A stretch of 64,000 nucleotides of DNA. Origin: Macrostomum lignano (lineage: Eukaryota). Shown here in pieces: positions 36,853 to 48,479 of this stretch. The stretch lies in the NCBI GenBank assembly GCA_002269645.1, contig NIVC01000364.1, positions 62,001 through 126,000 on the forward strand, written 5' to 3'. Within the stretch, counting starts at the first letter, position 1; each line of letters opens with the position of its first letter. Position numbers and translations under genes: made by a program. The notes under the pieces are model-generated. The model was not told the DNA's origin and made no database searches. It saw only the letters and a list, made by a program, of their open reading frames with translations.

Positions 36853-39800
36853 CTAGCAATCTATGCCCCCCGTTGGGGAGCCAAAGAAATGCAATACACG
36901 TATTTTTAATAAGCTACATGTAGCCTTGAAATCTTAAAAAATCTCCTGTCAAAATTCTAACCCTAACCAAAACCCTAAATTCAATATTTTGTCCATGAGT
37001 TTTTGCATGATCGATGCTTCTATGATTTTTGGCATGACGCTTCCATTGTTTTTGCATGACGCTTCCATTATTTTTGCATGATGCTTCCATGATAAACATT
37101 TTTAATAAGCTAAATGAGTTAAGTTATAAGCTACCCCAACCCTAACCCTAACCCGAATCTTAACGCAATAACCCTGAACCTAACCCTAAACCTAAACCCT
37201 AATACCAACCCTAACACTAACCCTACAGCCTGACATCTGCATAAGTTTGTGAAGAGCTAGTAGTATTTTTTAGCTTAGTATCTTAGCGTTAGGGAGCCAA
37301 AAATACAGTACAAGTTTTGTAATAAACTACATGTAGCATCTCTTTGCAATATACCTCAGAAGTCCCTTGTAAGCCTTGAAATGTCAGTAATTCCCCCCAC
37401 AAGCTTTAACAAATCAACTCCCCCCTTGACATCTCAGCGATGCCCCAAATAAGCCTTGAAGTCTAAAAAAATCTGTCAACCTTCTAACCCTAACCCTAGC
37501 CTAACCCTAACCCTAACCCTAGCCTAACCCTAACCCTAACCCTAACCCTAACCTAACCCTTAAGCATTGAAATTTCAGTAATTCTGAGTCATTATAGCAC
37601 TACTACAGCGTTATAGCGATTACCTGCAAGCCTCGACATCGTAGGGATTCCCAAATGAATCTCTTACCTTCGACATGAAGCTTCTTTTATTTTTTACATT
37701 ATGCTTTTTTTATCAGTGAGCCCTGAGGAGCCAACAAAAAATGTAATAAAAAGTTTTCATTAAACTACATGTAGCTTCTGACTTTAGCCTTGAAATCTCA
37801 TTTATACCCCCGTGAGCCTTGACATCTCAGCTATTCCCCCCGTAAGCCTTGACATGTCAGCGATGCCCCCCATAAATCTTGAAATCTAAAAAAATCCCCT
37901 GTTAACCTTGAAACCCGATAAAATATAACCCTCAACCCACACCTGACCTAAACCTAACTTTAACCCAACCTAAAGCCTTGAAATCTCAGCAATTCTTCTC
38001 CCCTAAGCCTTGGCATTTTAGTGTTTCCTTCTTTAAGAATCACCAGCACTATAACGATTTCCACCAAGCTTTGACATTGTAGCAATTCCCAAATGAATCT
38101 TTTAACTTCGACATGACTTTTCTTATATGTATACATAGTGCTACTTTTATTTTTTACATGACTCTGCTTCTATCAGCGCCCCCCCTGTGGCGAGCCAACA
38201 ATGAATGTAATAAAAATTGAGTAAAGTACATGAACTTTGAAGTAGCTTCTGACTTTTGTTTTGACATCTCAGAACCCCCCCCCACCTGTAATCTCAGTTA
38301 TTCTCTGTGAGCCTTGACGTCTCAGTAATTCTCCCCAGCACAGCACTGTACTATAGCTTCATTTAATTTTTATATGACACCTTTCATGTCTGACATGGCG
38401 CTTCTTTTGATTTTTACATGACGCTTCTTTTATTCTTCCATTATTCTTCTTAATTTTTTAAATGACACTTTCATTAGTTTTTATATGAGGCTTCTATGAT
38501 TGTTTGCATGACGCTTCTATGATTTTACCATGACGCTTCTATTATTGTTTGCATGACGCTTCTATGATTTTTACATGACGCAACTATGATTTTTTAAATG
38601 ACGCTTTTATGATTTTTTACATGACGCTTTTATGATTTTTTACATGACGCTTCTATGCTTGTTTACATGACGCTTCTATGCTTGTTTACATGACGCTTCT
38701 ATGATTGTTTACATGACGCTTCTATGATTTTTACATGATGCTTCTATGATTGTTTACATGACGCTTCTATGCTTGTTTACATGACGCTTCTATGATTGTT
38801 TACATGACGCTTCTATGCTTGTTTACATGACTCTTCTATGATTGTTTACATGACGCTTCTATGAATTTTTACATGACGCTTCTATGATTGTTTACATGAC
38901 GCTTCTATGATTTTTTACATGACGCTTTTATGCTTTTTTTACATGACGCTTCTATGATTGTTTGCATGACACTTCTATGATTTTTTCATGACGCTTCTAT
39001 GATTTTTTACATTACGCTTCTATGATTTTTTCATGTCACTTCGATGATTTTTTATGACGCTTCTATGATTTTTTGTGACGCTACTATGATTGTTTACATG
39101 ACGGTTCTATGATTTTTACATGACGCTTCTATGATTTTTTCATGACGCTTCTATGATTTTTGCATGACGCTTCTATGATTATTACATGACGCTTTTATTA
39201 TTTTTTCATGACGCTTCCATGATTTTTTCATGACGCTTCTATGATTTTTTATGACGCTTTTTTGACTTTTACATGACGCTTCTATGATTGTTTGCATGAC
39301 GCTTCTATGATTGTTTACATGACGCTTCTATGATTTTTTACATTACACTTCCATGATTTTTTACATGACGCTTCTACGATTTTTACATGGCGATTCTATG
39401 ATTGTTTACATGACGCTTCTATGATTTTTTACATGACGCTTCTATGATTTTTTCATGACGCTTCTATGATTTTTTACATGACGCTTCTATGATTTTTACA
39501 TGACGCTTCTATGATTTTTTACATTACGCTTCTATGATTTTTATATAACGCTTTTACGATTTTTTACATGGCGCTTCTATGATTGTTTACATGACGCTTC
39601 TATGATTTTTTCATGACGCTTCTATGATTTTTTATGACGCTTTTTTGACTTTTACATGACGCTTCTATGATTGTTTGCATGACGCTTCTATGATTGTTTA
39701 CATGACGCTTCTATGATTGTTTACATTACGCTTCTATGATTTTTATATAACGCTTTTACGATTTTTTACATGGCGCTTCTATGATTGTTTACATGACACT

Positions 39801-41599
39801 TCTATGATTTTTTCATGACGCTTCTATGATTTTTTACATTACGCTTCTATGATTTTTTCATGTCACTTCGATGATTTTTTATGACGCTTCTATGATTTTT
39901 TATGACGCTATTTTGACTTTTACATGACGCTTCTATGATTGTTTACATGACGCTTCTATGATTTTTTAAATGACGCTACTATGATTGTTTGCATGACGCT
40001 TCTATGATTTTTACATGACGCTACTATGATTGTTTGCATGACGCTTCTATGATTTTTAATGACGCTACTATGATTGTTTACATGACGGTTCTATGATTTT
40101 TACATGACGCTTCTATGATTTTTTCATGACGCTTCTATGATTTTTGCATGACGCTTCTATGATTATTACATGACGCTTTTATTATTTTTTCATGACGCTT
40201 CCATGATTTTTTCATGACGCTTCTATGATTTTTTATGACGCTTTTTTGACTTTTACATGACGCTTCTATGATTGTTTGCATGACGCTTCTATGATTGTTT
40301 ACATGACGCTTCTATGATTGTTTACATGACGCTACTATGATTGTTTGCATGACGCTTCTATGATTTTTAATAACGCTACTATGATTGTTTACATGACGGT
40401 TCTATGATTTTTACATGACGCTTCTATGATTTTTTCATGACGCTTCTATGATTTTTTCATGACGCTTCTATGATTATTACATGACGCTTTTATTATTTTT
40501 TCATGACGCTTCCATGATTTTTTCATGACGCTTCTATGATTTTTTATGACGCTTTTTTGACTTTTACATGACGCTTCTATGATTGTTTGCATGACGCTTC
40601 TATGATTGTTTACATGACGCTTCTATGATTGTTTACATTACGCTTCTATGATTTTTATATAACGCTTTTACGATTTTTTACATGGCGCTTCTATGATTGT
40701 TTACATGACACTTCTATGATTTTTACATGACGCTTCTATGATTTTTACATGACGCTTCTATGATTTTTTCATGACGCTTCTATGATTTTTTACATGACGC
40801 TTCTATGATTTTTTCATGACGCTTCTATGATTTTTTACATGACGCTTCTATGATTTTTACATGACGCTTCTATGATTGTTTACATGACGCTTCTATGATT
40901 TTTTACATTACGCTTCTATGATTTTTATATAACGCTTTTACGATTTTTTACATGGCGCTTCTATGATTGTTTACATGACACTTCTTTTAAAAAGTCTTTT
41001 AGTTTTCCTGACGTTGAAAAGCTTTAATTAAAAAAATTATACTCTATGAAAATTTGAACCATCGTCGCTGCATTTGGCAGTTCAGTTTGTTCACCTCTAG
41101 GCTAGCTCTCATCGTTTTGATAACATCAAATTTTGCACTTATATAATTCAACACTTTAAAATCCAAGCATAGAGTAAATCACACGAAGCAGTTATGACAT
41201 AATCAGTTTCTCAGTCAGTCAGTATCAGTTAACAATATGGTTACGCAATTTAAATCAAGTCTAGTGCTACACTTCCACACTGCATTTTCAATTCAAGTCG
41301 GAGTTACAATTCAGTTATGATGCAATCTATTTCAGAATCAGAATTCAACCAGTCAGTTTTTTCTCTAGCATTCTTACAATGCATTTCAAGTCGAAAAGTT
41401 TGCTTGACCTTTGCAAAAAAGCATGTTTTTCGAATATTTAATCACTTTAACATGGAGCAATTTCTTAGCCAAGATGCATGTACCGTCACGGGAAAATTTC
41501 TGATCGAACAGTGCAAGTTCGAAGAAAATCGGTCCAGCCATTTTTTTCTCTAATCGATTGCGTACAAACAAACAAGATTTTCATTTTTAGTATATTGGA
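36853..41599 (-). mobile_element. Non-autonomous Helitron H2 (~4.7 kb), head-to-tail with H1 and H3
   Basis: Same termini as H1. Junctions read TATATTGGA|CTAGCAAT on + (CTAG|TCC on -) at 36852/36853 and 41599/41600. The internal sequence is colinear with H1 apart from an extra ~36955-37370 segment and a longer satellite. Confidence 0.8.
38395..40982. repeat. 22-23 bp satellite inside H2, >100 copies with block duplications
   Basis: Same monomer as 35690-36248; variant blocks recur (e.g. ~39040-39340, ~40060-40300, ~40380-40620). Confidence 0.95.
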
Positions 41600-44500
41600 C
41601 TAGCAATTTAAGCCCCCCGTTGGGGGGCGCAAAAATGACGCCAAGTGGTTTTTTTTGGCCAATGAGTAATAACCTTACTTATTATTCAAAATCCATTAAT
41701 CAAAACTTACTTTTTCTCATTTTTGGCAAAAATAAATTGCCATGAATCAAAACCTTCACCAGCCAAAGTTTCCTTCATCAGCCCAAAAGCCTTTCTCATT
41801 CAGCAAATAGTACTTATCCTTTCAAGCACAAACTCTTAGGGCATATCGTCATTGGCCTGGGCATATTCTGGTCCGCAGCAGGAGCTCAATATGCCATAAG
41901 CCTTGATAACATCTCAATATTTTCCCCAGTAAGCCTTGACATCTCAGCAATTTCTCTCAGTAAGCCTTGACATCTCAGCAATTCATCCAAGAAAGCCTTG
42001 AAATCTCAGCAATTCCCCCAGTAAGCCTTGAAGTCTCAGTAATTCCCCAGTAAGTCTCGAATCTCAGTAATTCCTCCAGTAAGTCTTGACTTCTCACAAT
42101 TCCCCCAGTAGGCCTTGACAACTCAGCAATTCCCCCAGTAAACCTTGAAATCTCAGAAATTCCCCCAGTAAGCCTTGAAGTCTCAGCAATTCCCCCAGTA
42201 AGCCTTGACAACTCAGCAATTCCCCCCAGTAAGCCTTGAAATCTCAGTAATTCCCCAGTAAGTCTCGAATCTCAGTAATTCCTACAGTAAGTCTTGACTT
42301 CTCACAATTCCCCCAGTAGGCCTTGACAACTCAGCAATTCCCCCAAGTAAGCCTTCACATCTCAGCAATTACCCCAGTAAGCCTTGACAACTCAGCAATT
42401 CCCCCAGTAAACCTTGAAATCTCAGAAATTCCCCCAGTAAGCCTTGAAGTCTCAGCAATTCCCCCAGTAAACCTTGAAATCTCAGAAATTCCCCCAGTAA
42501 GCCTTGAAGTCTCAGCAATTCCCCCAGTAAGCCTTGACAACTCAGCAATTCCCCCAGTAAACCTTGAAGTCTCAGAAATTTCCCCAGTGGGCCTCGACAT
42601 CGCAGCAATTACCCCATTAAGCCTTGACATCTCAGAAGTCCCCCCGGTGGGCCTTGACATTGCAGCAATTAAACTCGAGCCTTGGCATCTACGCAATTCT
42701 CCCAGTCCAGTAAGCCTCGAGATTGCAGCAATTCCCCCAGTAAGCCTTGACAACTCAGCAATTCATCCAAGAAAGCCTTGAAATCTCAGCAATTTCCTGA
42801 GTAAGCCTTGAAATCTCAGAAATTCCCCCAGTAAGCCTTGAAGTCTCAGCAATTCCCCCAGTGGGAAGTCAAGACTTACTTGAGGAACTACTGAGATTTC
42901 AAGGCTTACTGGGGGGAATTGCTGAGACTTCAAGGCTTACTGGGGGAATTACTGAGATTTCAAGGCGTACTGGGGGAATTGCTGAGATTTCAAGGCTTAC
43001 TAATGGAATTTCTGAGATTTCAACGCTTACTAAGGGAATTTCTGAGATGTCAAGTCCTACTAAAAGAATTTTTGAGATGTCAAGGCTTACTGGAGGAATT
43101 GCTGAGATGTCAAGGCCTACTAAGGGAATTTCTGAGATGTCAAGGCTTACTGGGGAAATTAATGAGATGTCATCAAGGCTTATGGCATATTGAGCTCCTG
43201 CTGTGGACCAGAATACGCCCAGGCCAATGACGATATGCACTAAGAGTTTGTGCTTGAAAGGATAAGTACTATTTGCTGAATGAGAAAGGCTTTTGGGCTG
43301 ATGAAGGAAACTTTGGCTGGTGAAGGTTTTGATTCATGGCAACTGGGGGAATTGCTGAGATGACAAGGCTTACTGGGGGAATTGCTGAGATGTCAAGGCT
43401 TACTGGGGGAATTGCTGAGATTTCAAGGCTTGCTGGGGGGAATTGCTGAGTTGTCAAGGCTTATTAGGAGGAATTGCTGAGATGTCAAGGCTTACTGGGG
43501 GAATTGCTGAGATGTCAAGGCTTACTTGGGGGAATTGCTTAGACTTCAAGGCTTACTGGGGGAATTGCTGATATTTCAAGGCTTGCTGGGGGGGATTGCT
43601 GAGATGTCAAGGCTTACTGGGGGAATTGCTTAGACTTCAAGACTTACTGGAGGAATTACTGAGATTCGAGACTTACTGGGTAATTACTGAATTGTCAAGG
43701 TTTACTGGGGGAATTGCTGAGATGTCAAGGCTTACTGGGGAAATTATTGAGATGTCATCAAGGCTTATGGCATATTGAGCTCCTGCTGCGGACCAGAATA
43801 TGCCCAGGCCAATGACGATATGCCCAAAAAGTTTGTGCTTGAAAGGATAAGTACTATTTGCTGATTGAGAAAGGGTTTTGGGCTAATGAAGGAAACTTTG
43901 GCTGGTGAAGGTTTTGATTCATGGCAACTGGGGGGCGCAAAAATGACGCCAAGTGGTTTTTATTTTGGCCAATGAGTAATAACCTTACCCCTAGTAAGCC
44001 TTGACAACTCAGCAATTCCCCCCAGTAAGCCTTGAAATCTCAGCAATTCCCCGAGTAAGCCTTGATATTTCAGAAATTCCCCCAGTAAGCCTTGAAGTCT
44101 CAGCAATTCCCCGAGTAAGCCTTGAAATCTCAGCAATTACCCCAGTAAGCCTTGACATCTCAGCAATTCCCCCAGTAAGCCTTGACAACTCAGCAATTCA
44201 GCCAGATAAATGTGCTGCTTCAATGCAGACTCGAACTGCCGACCATCTGCTTAGCCTATGCCTGTTATTGCTTGTCTACAGTAATTCAGTAATTCTTGTA
44301 GCTTGTAGCTTCTCTTCTAATCCCGCGAAACAGAATGCAGTCATACTATTAACAGCCTGCAGACATCCACTTTGCCGTCTACAACTTTCATTAACATCAG
44401 CAAACTACAATAAGTCTCGAATCTCAGTAATTCCTCCAGTAAGTCTTGACTTCTCACAATTCCCCCAGTAAGCCTTGACATCGCAGCAATTAAACTCGAG

Positions 44501-44780
44501 CCTTGGCATCTACGCAATTCTCCCAGCCCAGTAAGCCTTGACATCTCAACAATTCCCCCAGTAAGCCAGATAAATTTGCTGCTTCAATGCAGACTCCAAC
44601 TGCCGACCATCTGCTTAGCCTATGCCTGTTATTGCTTGTCTACAGTAATTCAGTAATTCTTGTAGCTTGTAGCTTCTCTTCTAATCCCGCAAAACAGAAT
44701 GCAGTCATACTATTAACAGCCTGCAGATATCCACTTTGCTGTCTACAACTTTCATTAACATCAGCAAACTACAATAATTC
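41600..44780. mobile_element. Rearranged Helitron-derived block H3 with 30-bp satellite (CCCCCAGTAAGCCTTGAAATCTCAGCAATT) in both orientations
   Basis: Helitron 3' end at 41600 (CTAG plus perfect GCCCCCC-GTT-GGGGGGC hairpin). The satellite is forward at 41920-42861, 43990-44200 and 44412-44565, and inverted at 42862-43165 and 43343-43750. No matching 5' end was found. Confidence 0.65.
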
Positions 44781-45077
44781 ACTCAGCAGAATACAGTTAT
44801 CCCCTCAATAAACTTGCAATTTCAGTCTAAATGAATGATCCCTTCGATATTTGATCATTCCATTTGCAGTCTACAACAATTCTCATTTATCCTCTCAGCA
44901 GTCTGCAGTTTTCCTCTTTGCTGGCTCCTCAGTATCCTCAGGAAGCTGCAATGATCCTTTCAATAATTGTACGGCTCATTATATAATCAATTTTCGATAG
45001 ATATTGGCAGTCTTTTGCACATCAATGCAACGAAGATTTTGCATCGTCTGCATTTTAGCGATTAGTCCAGGCAGGTA

Positions 45078-45448
45078 CAAGCTACGCGTAATTTATTATA
45101 CGCGTATTTTATCTCCCACGTGCATACTCTGAAGCTTGCAAATAATTTAATTATTTATAGCTCGCAGCATCAGCTCAAGAAGTTAAAGTTTAGTCTATGG
45201 CCATAGACGTATTATTATTTTTCGAGCTCTCACTGCAAGAAAAATACACTAATTAGATAGGGAAAATACAGTTTTTTGAATATTTAAGACCTTTAGAATT
45301 GAAGCAGATAAAAGAAATGTTAACCATACAATCCTTGGCTGAGTTTAAATTTTTTGGTGAAAACGCGATCAAAATTGGTCAAGAATTGCAGTCTGTAGAG
45401 CGTTTTACACGGACAGACAGACATAGATTAGAGATTTAGTATATAAGA
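45078..45448 (-). mobile_element. Short, apparently complete non-autonomous Helitron-like element (~370 bp)
   Basis: Minus strand 5' TCTTATATACTAAATCTCTAATCTATGTCTGTCTGTCCG. The 3' end has an 8-bp stem TACGCGTA...TACGCGTA directly before CTTG|T. CpGs are intact. Confidence 0.65.
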
Positions 45449-45661
45449 AGGCAATGGCAAGCAAAAATAAATTGACTTTTTTCTATTTTCCAAATATGTC
45501 TATCTTATATGGAATGAGCCAATTACATTTGAAAATGAGCTTTTTATTGTTTTGCTAAACACATTTTTTTATAATTAGAAATAATTTAATCCAATTTTAG
45601 CAATTAGTTAGTGTGTGGTTTGTTGTCTTCATGGCTATAATAAATATATAAAATCTACATA

Positions 45662-45838
45662 TACATGCGCAACCTTGGGAATCACTTGGCCATTTCTATT
45701 GGCAACACACACATGTAAGTCGCTATTGGCTGAGAGTAGTCACGTGACTACTATTCCATCCAATAGCAACTTACATGTTACATGTATGTGTTGCCAATAG
45801 AAATGGTCGGGTGAATCCCTAGGTTGTGCCTAAGCATG
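45662..45838. mobile_element. Palindromic fold-back MITE-like element centred on TCACGTGA
   Basis: Arms GCAACC...CCATTTCTATTGGCAACAC...CTATTGG mirror CCAATAG...GTGTTGCCAATAGAAATGG...GGTTG. An inverted second copy is at ~49525-49705 and a decayed half copy at ~49175-49250. Confidence 0.65.
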
Positions 45839-45949
45839 AATCTACATCATTAATTGTTATAAGTTCAAATAAATACAACTCTTATTAAAAATATAGAAAA
45901 CATTTATTTATTATTCCTTTGTAATATACTGATACCAAATAAATTTTGG

Positions 45950-46560
45950 GAGATTGGGTAGAGGCAAGGTAGGTAGATCAAAAAGTAGAGTAGCTGAATT
46001 AAGAGCAAGGGTTAAAGGGTAGAGGCAAGGTAGCTAGCTAGGTTGGGAACAAGATAGCTAAGTTAGAGAGGAGGGCAAGTAAGTTAAAAATAGCTAGGTT
46101 AGGGACAAGGCAGCTAGGTTAAAGGTTAAAGCAGCTAATTTGAGGGCAAGGCAGCTAGCTAGGTTGGGGAGAAAGGCTAGGCAGCCTTGTTGGAGGGCAA
46201 GGCAGCTAGTTAGGGGATAAGCAACTAGGTTAGAGAAGGCAAAAACTAGGATAATTGGAAGGCAATGTAGCTAAGAGGATTAAAAGGCAGTATAGCAACT
46301 AAAAGGCAAAAAAAGTTTTTTTATAGATTTTTTGTTTTGAAATTTATTTAATCTCAATTGCTTACTTTGCATTGCATACAAAGTTCAAATAGTTGGCAAC
46401 GATTTATAGCTAAGAAGATTAGAAGGCAAAGAAAGATAGCTAGGAGGACTAAAAGGCAGGATAGCTAGATAAAATACAAGGCAAATGTATAGGAGACAAG
46501 GCAACTAGGTAGAGGATAAGTAGTAGAGGACAATATATTGAGAAGGTATAGGTAGCTTAA
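45950..46560 (+). repeat. Old degenerate purine-rich repeat (GGCAAGG(C/T)AGCTAGG-like)
   Basis: Recurrent ggcaagg/agctagg words without a clean period. Confidence 0.5.
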
Positions 46561-47953
46561 TAGTTATAAGAAGGCACAGGGTAATAAATATTGGCCTTGC
46601 AATATAATTGGAAAGTATTTTAATTTAGAATTTTATATAAGGCATGCATATGGACATATTATTTGATAATTATCAAATCTTTGCAATCTAAATAGAGTGA
46701 TTATAATAAAAGAATGTACTTTTAGCTAAAATAAGTTAGATAATATATATAGTATAAAAAGGCAATTGCTAAATACAATTGCTAAATATTTATATATATT
46801 ATATACTATATACTATACTATATTATGTATATAAGCTTTGGTTTTAGTATTTTGAAAGAGTTTATTAATTTTCTTTGACTGTATGGCTATATTAGCCTAT
46901 AGGATAATGCTTAGAAAATACTAATAGCCTATATAACAGTCTATAATAGCCTATCTTGATCTCTACTCATCGTCATCAGAAGTTTGACATCAGAAAATAC
47001 TCAATAGTTAGTAAAACTAAACAGTTTAGTAAATTTCCATTAATACAACCTAATCTAATATGTAGTTAATAGTGGCTTAACTATATTTGATACATTGCGC
47101 AATAATTTGATGCAAGCCATTCACTTCAACTTCACCATGATAAGTAACATACATGTGCAACCTCCAAAATTCAGTCAGCCATGCAACTTAGTTTTAACAA
47201 AAATGCGACATAGTTTTTGGCCAAAAATGCAACTTACATGTAAAAAACCCTAAAGCAAAATTAATGCAACTTTGGGTAAACGGCAAGAGTAACTATGACT
47301 GTCTTATTAAGCCAAAATGCCTCATCAGCTACTTAGTTCTACTACTTTGTGTTTCTTGGGTGGGCATTTTTGCGACTTCCTTGGTTGGCTACCAAATTGG
47401 TTGGCCGGATCGGCCGACTGTTGCGCATGTTTGATAAGTAAGTCATATTATTACTATCCATGGCATTATGTGCCAGGCCATAAGCTGAGTATCTTGCTAA
47501 TGAATTTTAAATTCATTCTAATCCATATAGCTTATTAAAACAAAGTCATATTTCAAAATATAGATCTCTAACAGATCAAGCAAAAGGTATTTAATCAGTA
47601 AATTTCTAGCCTTATTGCATTGAAATACAAATGTTTAAAAACAAATAAGCTTTCCTTGGACTAGTCTATAAAAAAGCTCAATAGACAAGCTTTTTCCAGG
47701 CTAGATGGGAGATTTTTTTAGCTTTTTCCTTATCTAGTCTATTGCTATCAGGTATATTTCAAATGTCAACTGACCTTGGCCCTGACTAGTCCATAATTTT
47801 TTACTTAAATGCATTATTATAGGCCAACTAGTCATTTTGTCCATATACAAAAATGGTCTGTCTGTGTCTATTTGAGAGCTAGAAGAGAGGGATGAATCTA
47901 TTATATTATACAGTACAACAAAGCTTGGATTTGTCTAATCTTACTGTTTTAAT

Positions 47954-48319
47954 TTATTATTTTTATTAGAGGCAGGGGGGTTGTGTGCACCCTGGCGCAC
48001 TTTAAGCGTCATAGGCACACAACCGGCGAGAGGCATTGCTGCCCATTCCGCCGACTCCCCTGAGCAGGCATACAAGCGCGCGGATACGTACACAGGCACA
48101 CACTCACACAGGAGTGTACAGCGGCCCTAACTTTATTTTATCGTTAGGCATGTACACTTCACTGCGCCTTGGGGGGTTGGCTCTCAAGGCCGCTAATTGC
48201 ACGAGCAGAGCCAAGCCGAGATTCCAATTCAGCCCCAAATTAATGTGACTGCACTTGGAATCGAGCCTGGGTCGCTGGCACACCAGAGCAACTGTGCTAC
48301 CGCTGGGCTACGGCCCCCT
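47954..48319 (-). mobile_element. Young tRNA-derived SINE (~365 bp) with 13-bp target-site duplication
   Basis: Minus-strand head GGGGGCCGTAGCCCAGCGG (A box 48300-48310) and GGCTCGATTCC (B box 48257-48267), with an A-rich tail. The direct repeat TTACTGTTTTAAT is at 47941-47953 and 48320-48332. Confidence 0.88.
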
Positions 48320-48479
48320 TTACTGTTTTAATACTTTTAACATTGTTGTGAGCCTTGTCCTCTCAAGCAATGCCCATAGCTGGACCTTGTTGGGAAGCTG
48401 CAACCACCAGGTCCCCAGTTAGAGCTCTTGTCCTACACCCTAAGGGGGAGTGGAAAAATGACTTAACTTATATGGCTAT

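Noticed and set aside
34794-37562. Chromosome end or telomere fusion
   Set aside because: The tracts are under 100 bp, degenerate, and at the same internal position in two copies of one element.
41975-44811. GIAEISRLTG / EISAIPPVSL repeat ORFs
   Set aside because: Products of the 30-bp satellite read on either strand.
48246-48318. Functional tRNA gene
   Set aside because: A and B boxes are present, but the anticodon and acceptor arms do not pair well. It continues into a ~290-bp body with an A-rich tail and is bounded by a TSD, so it is a SINE head.
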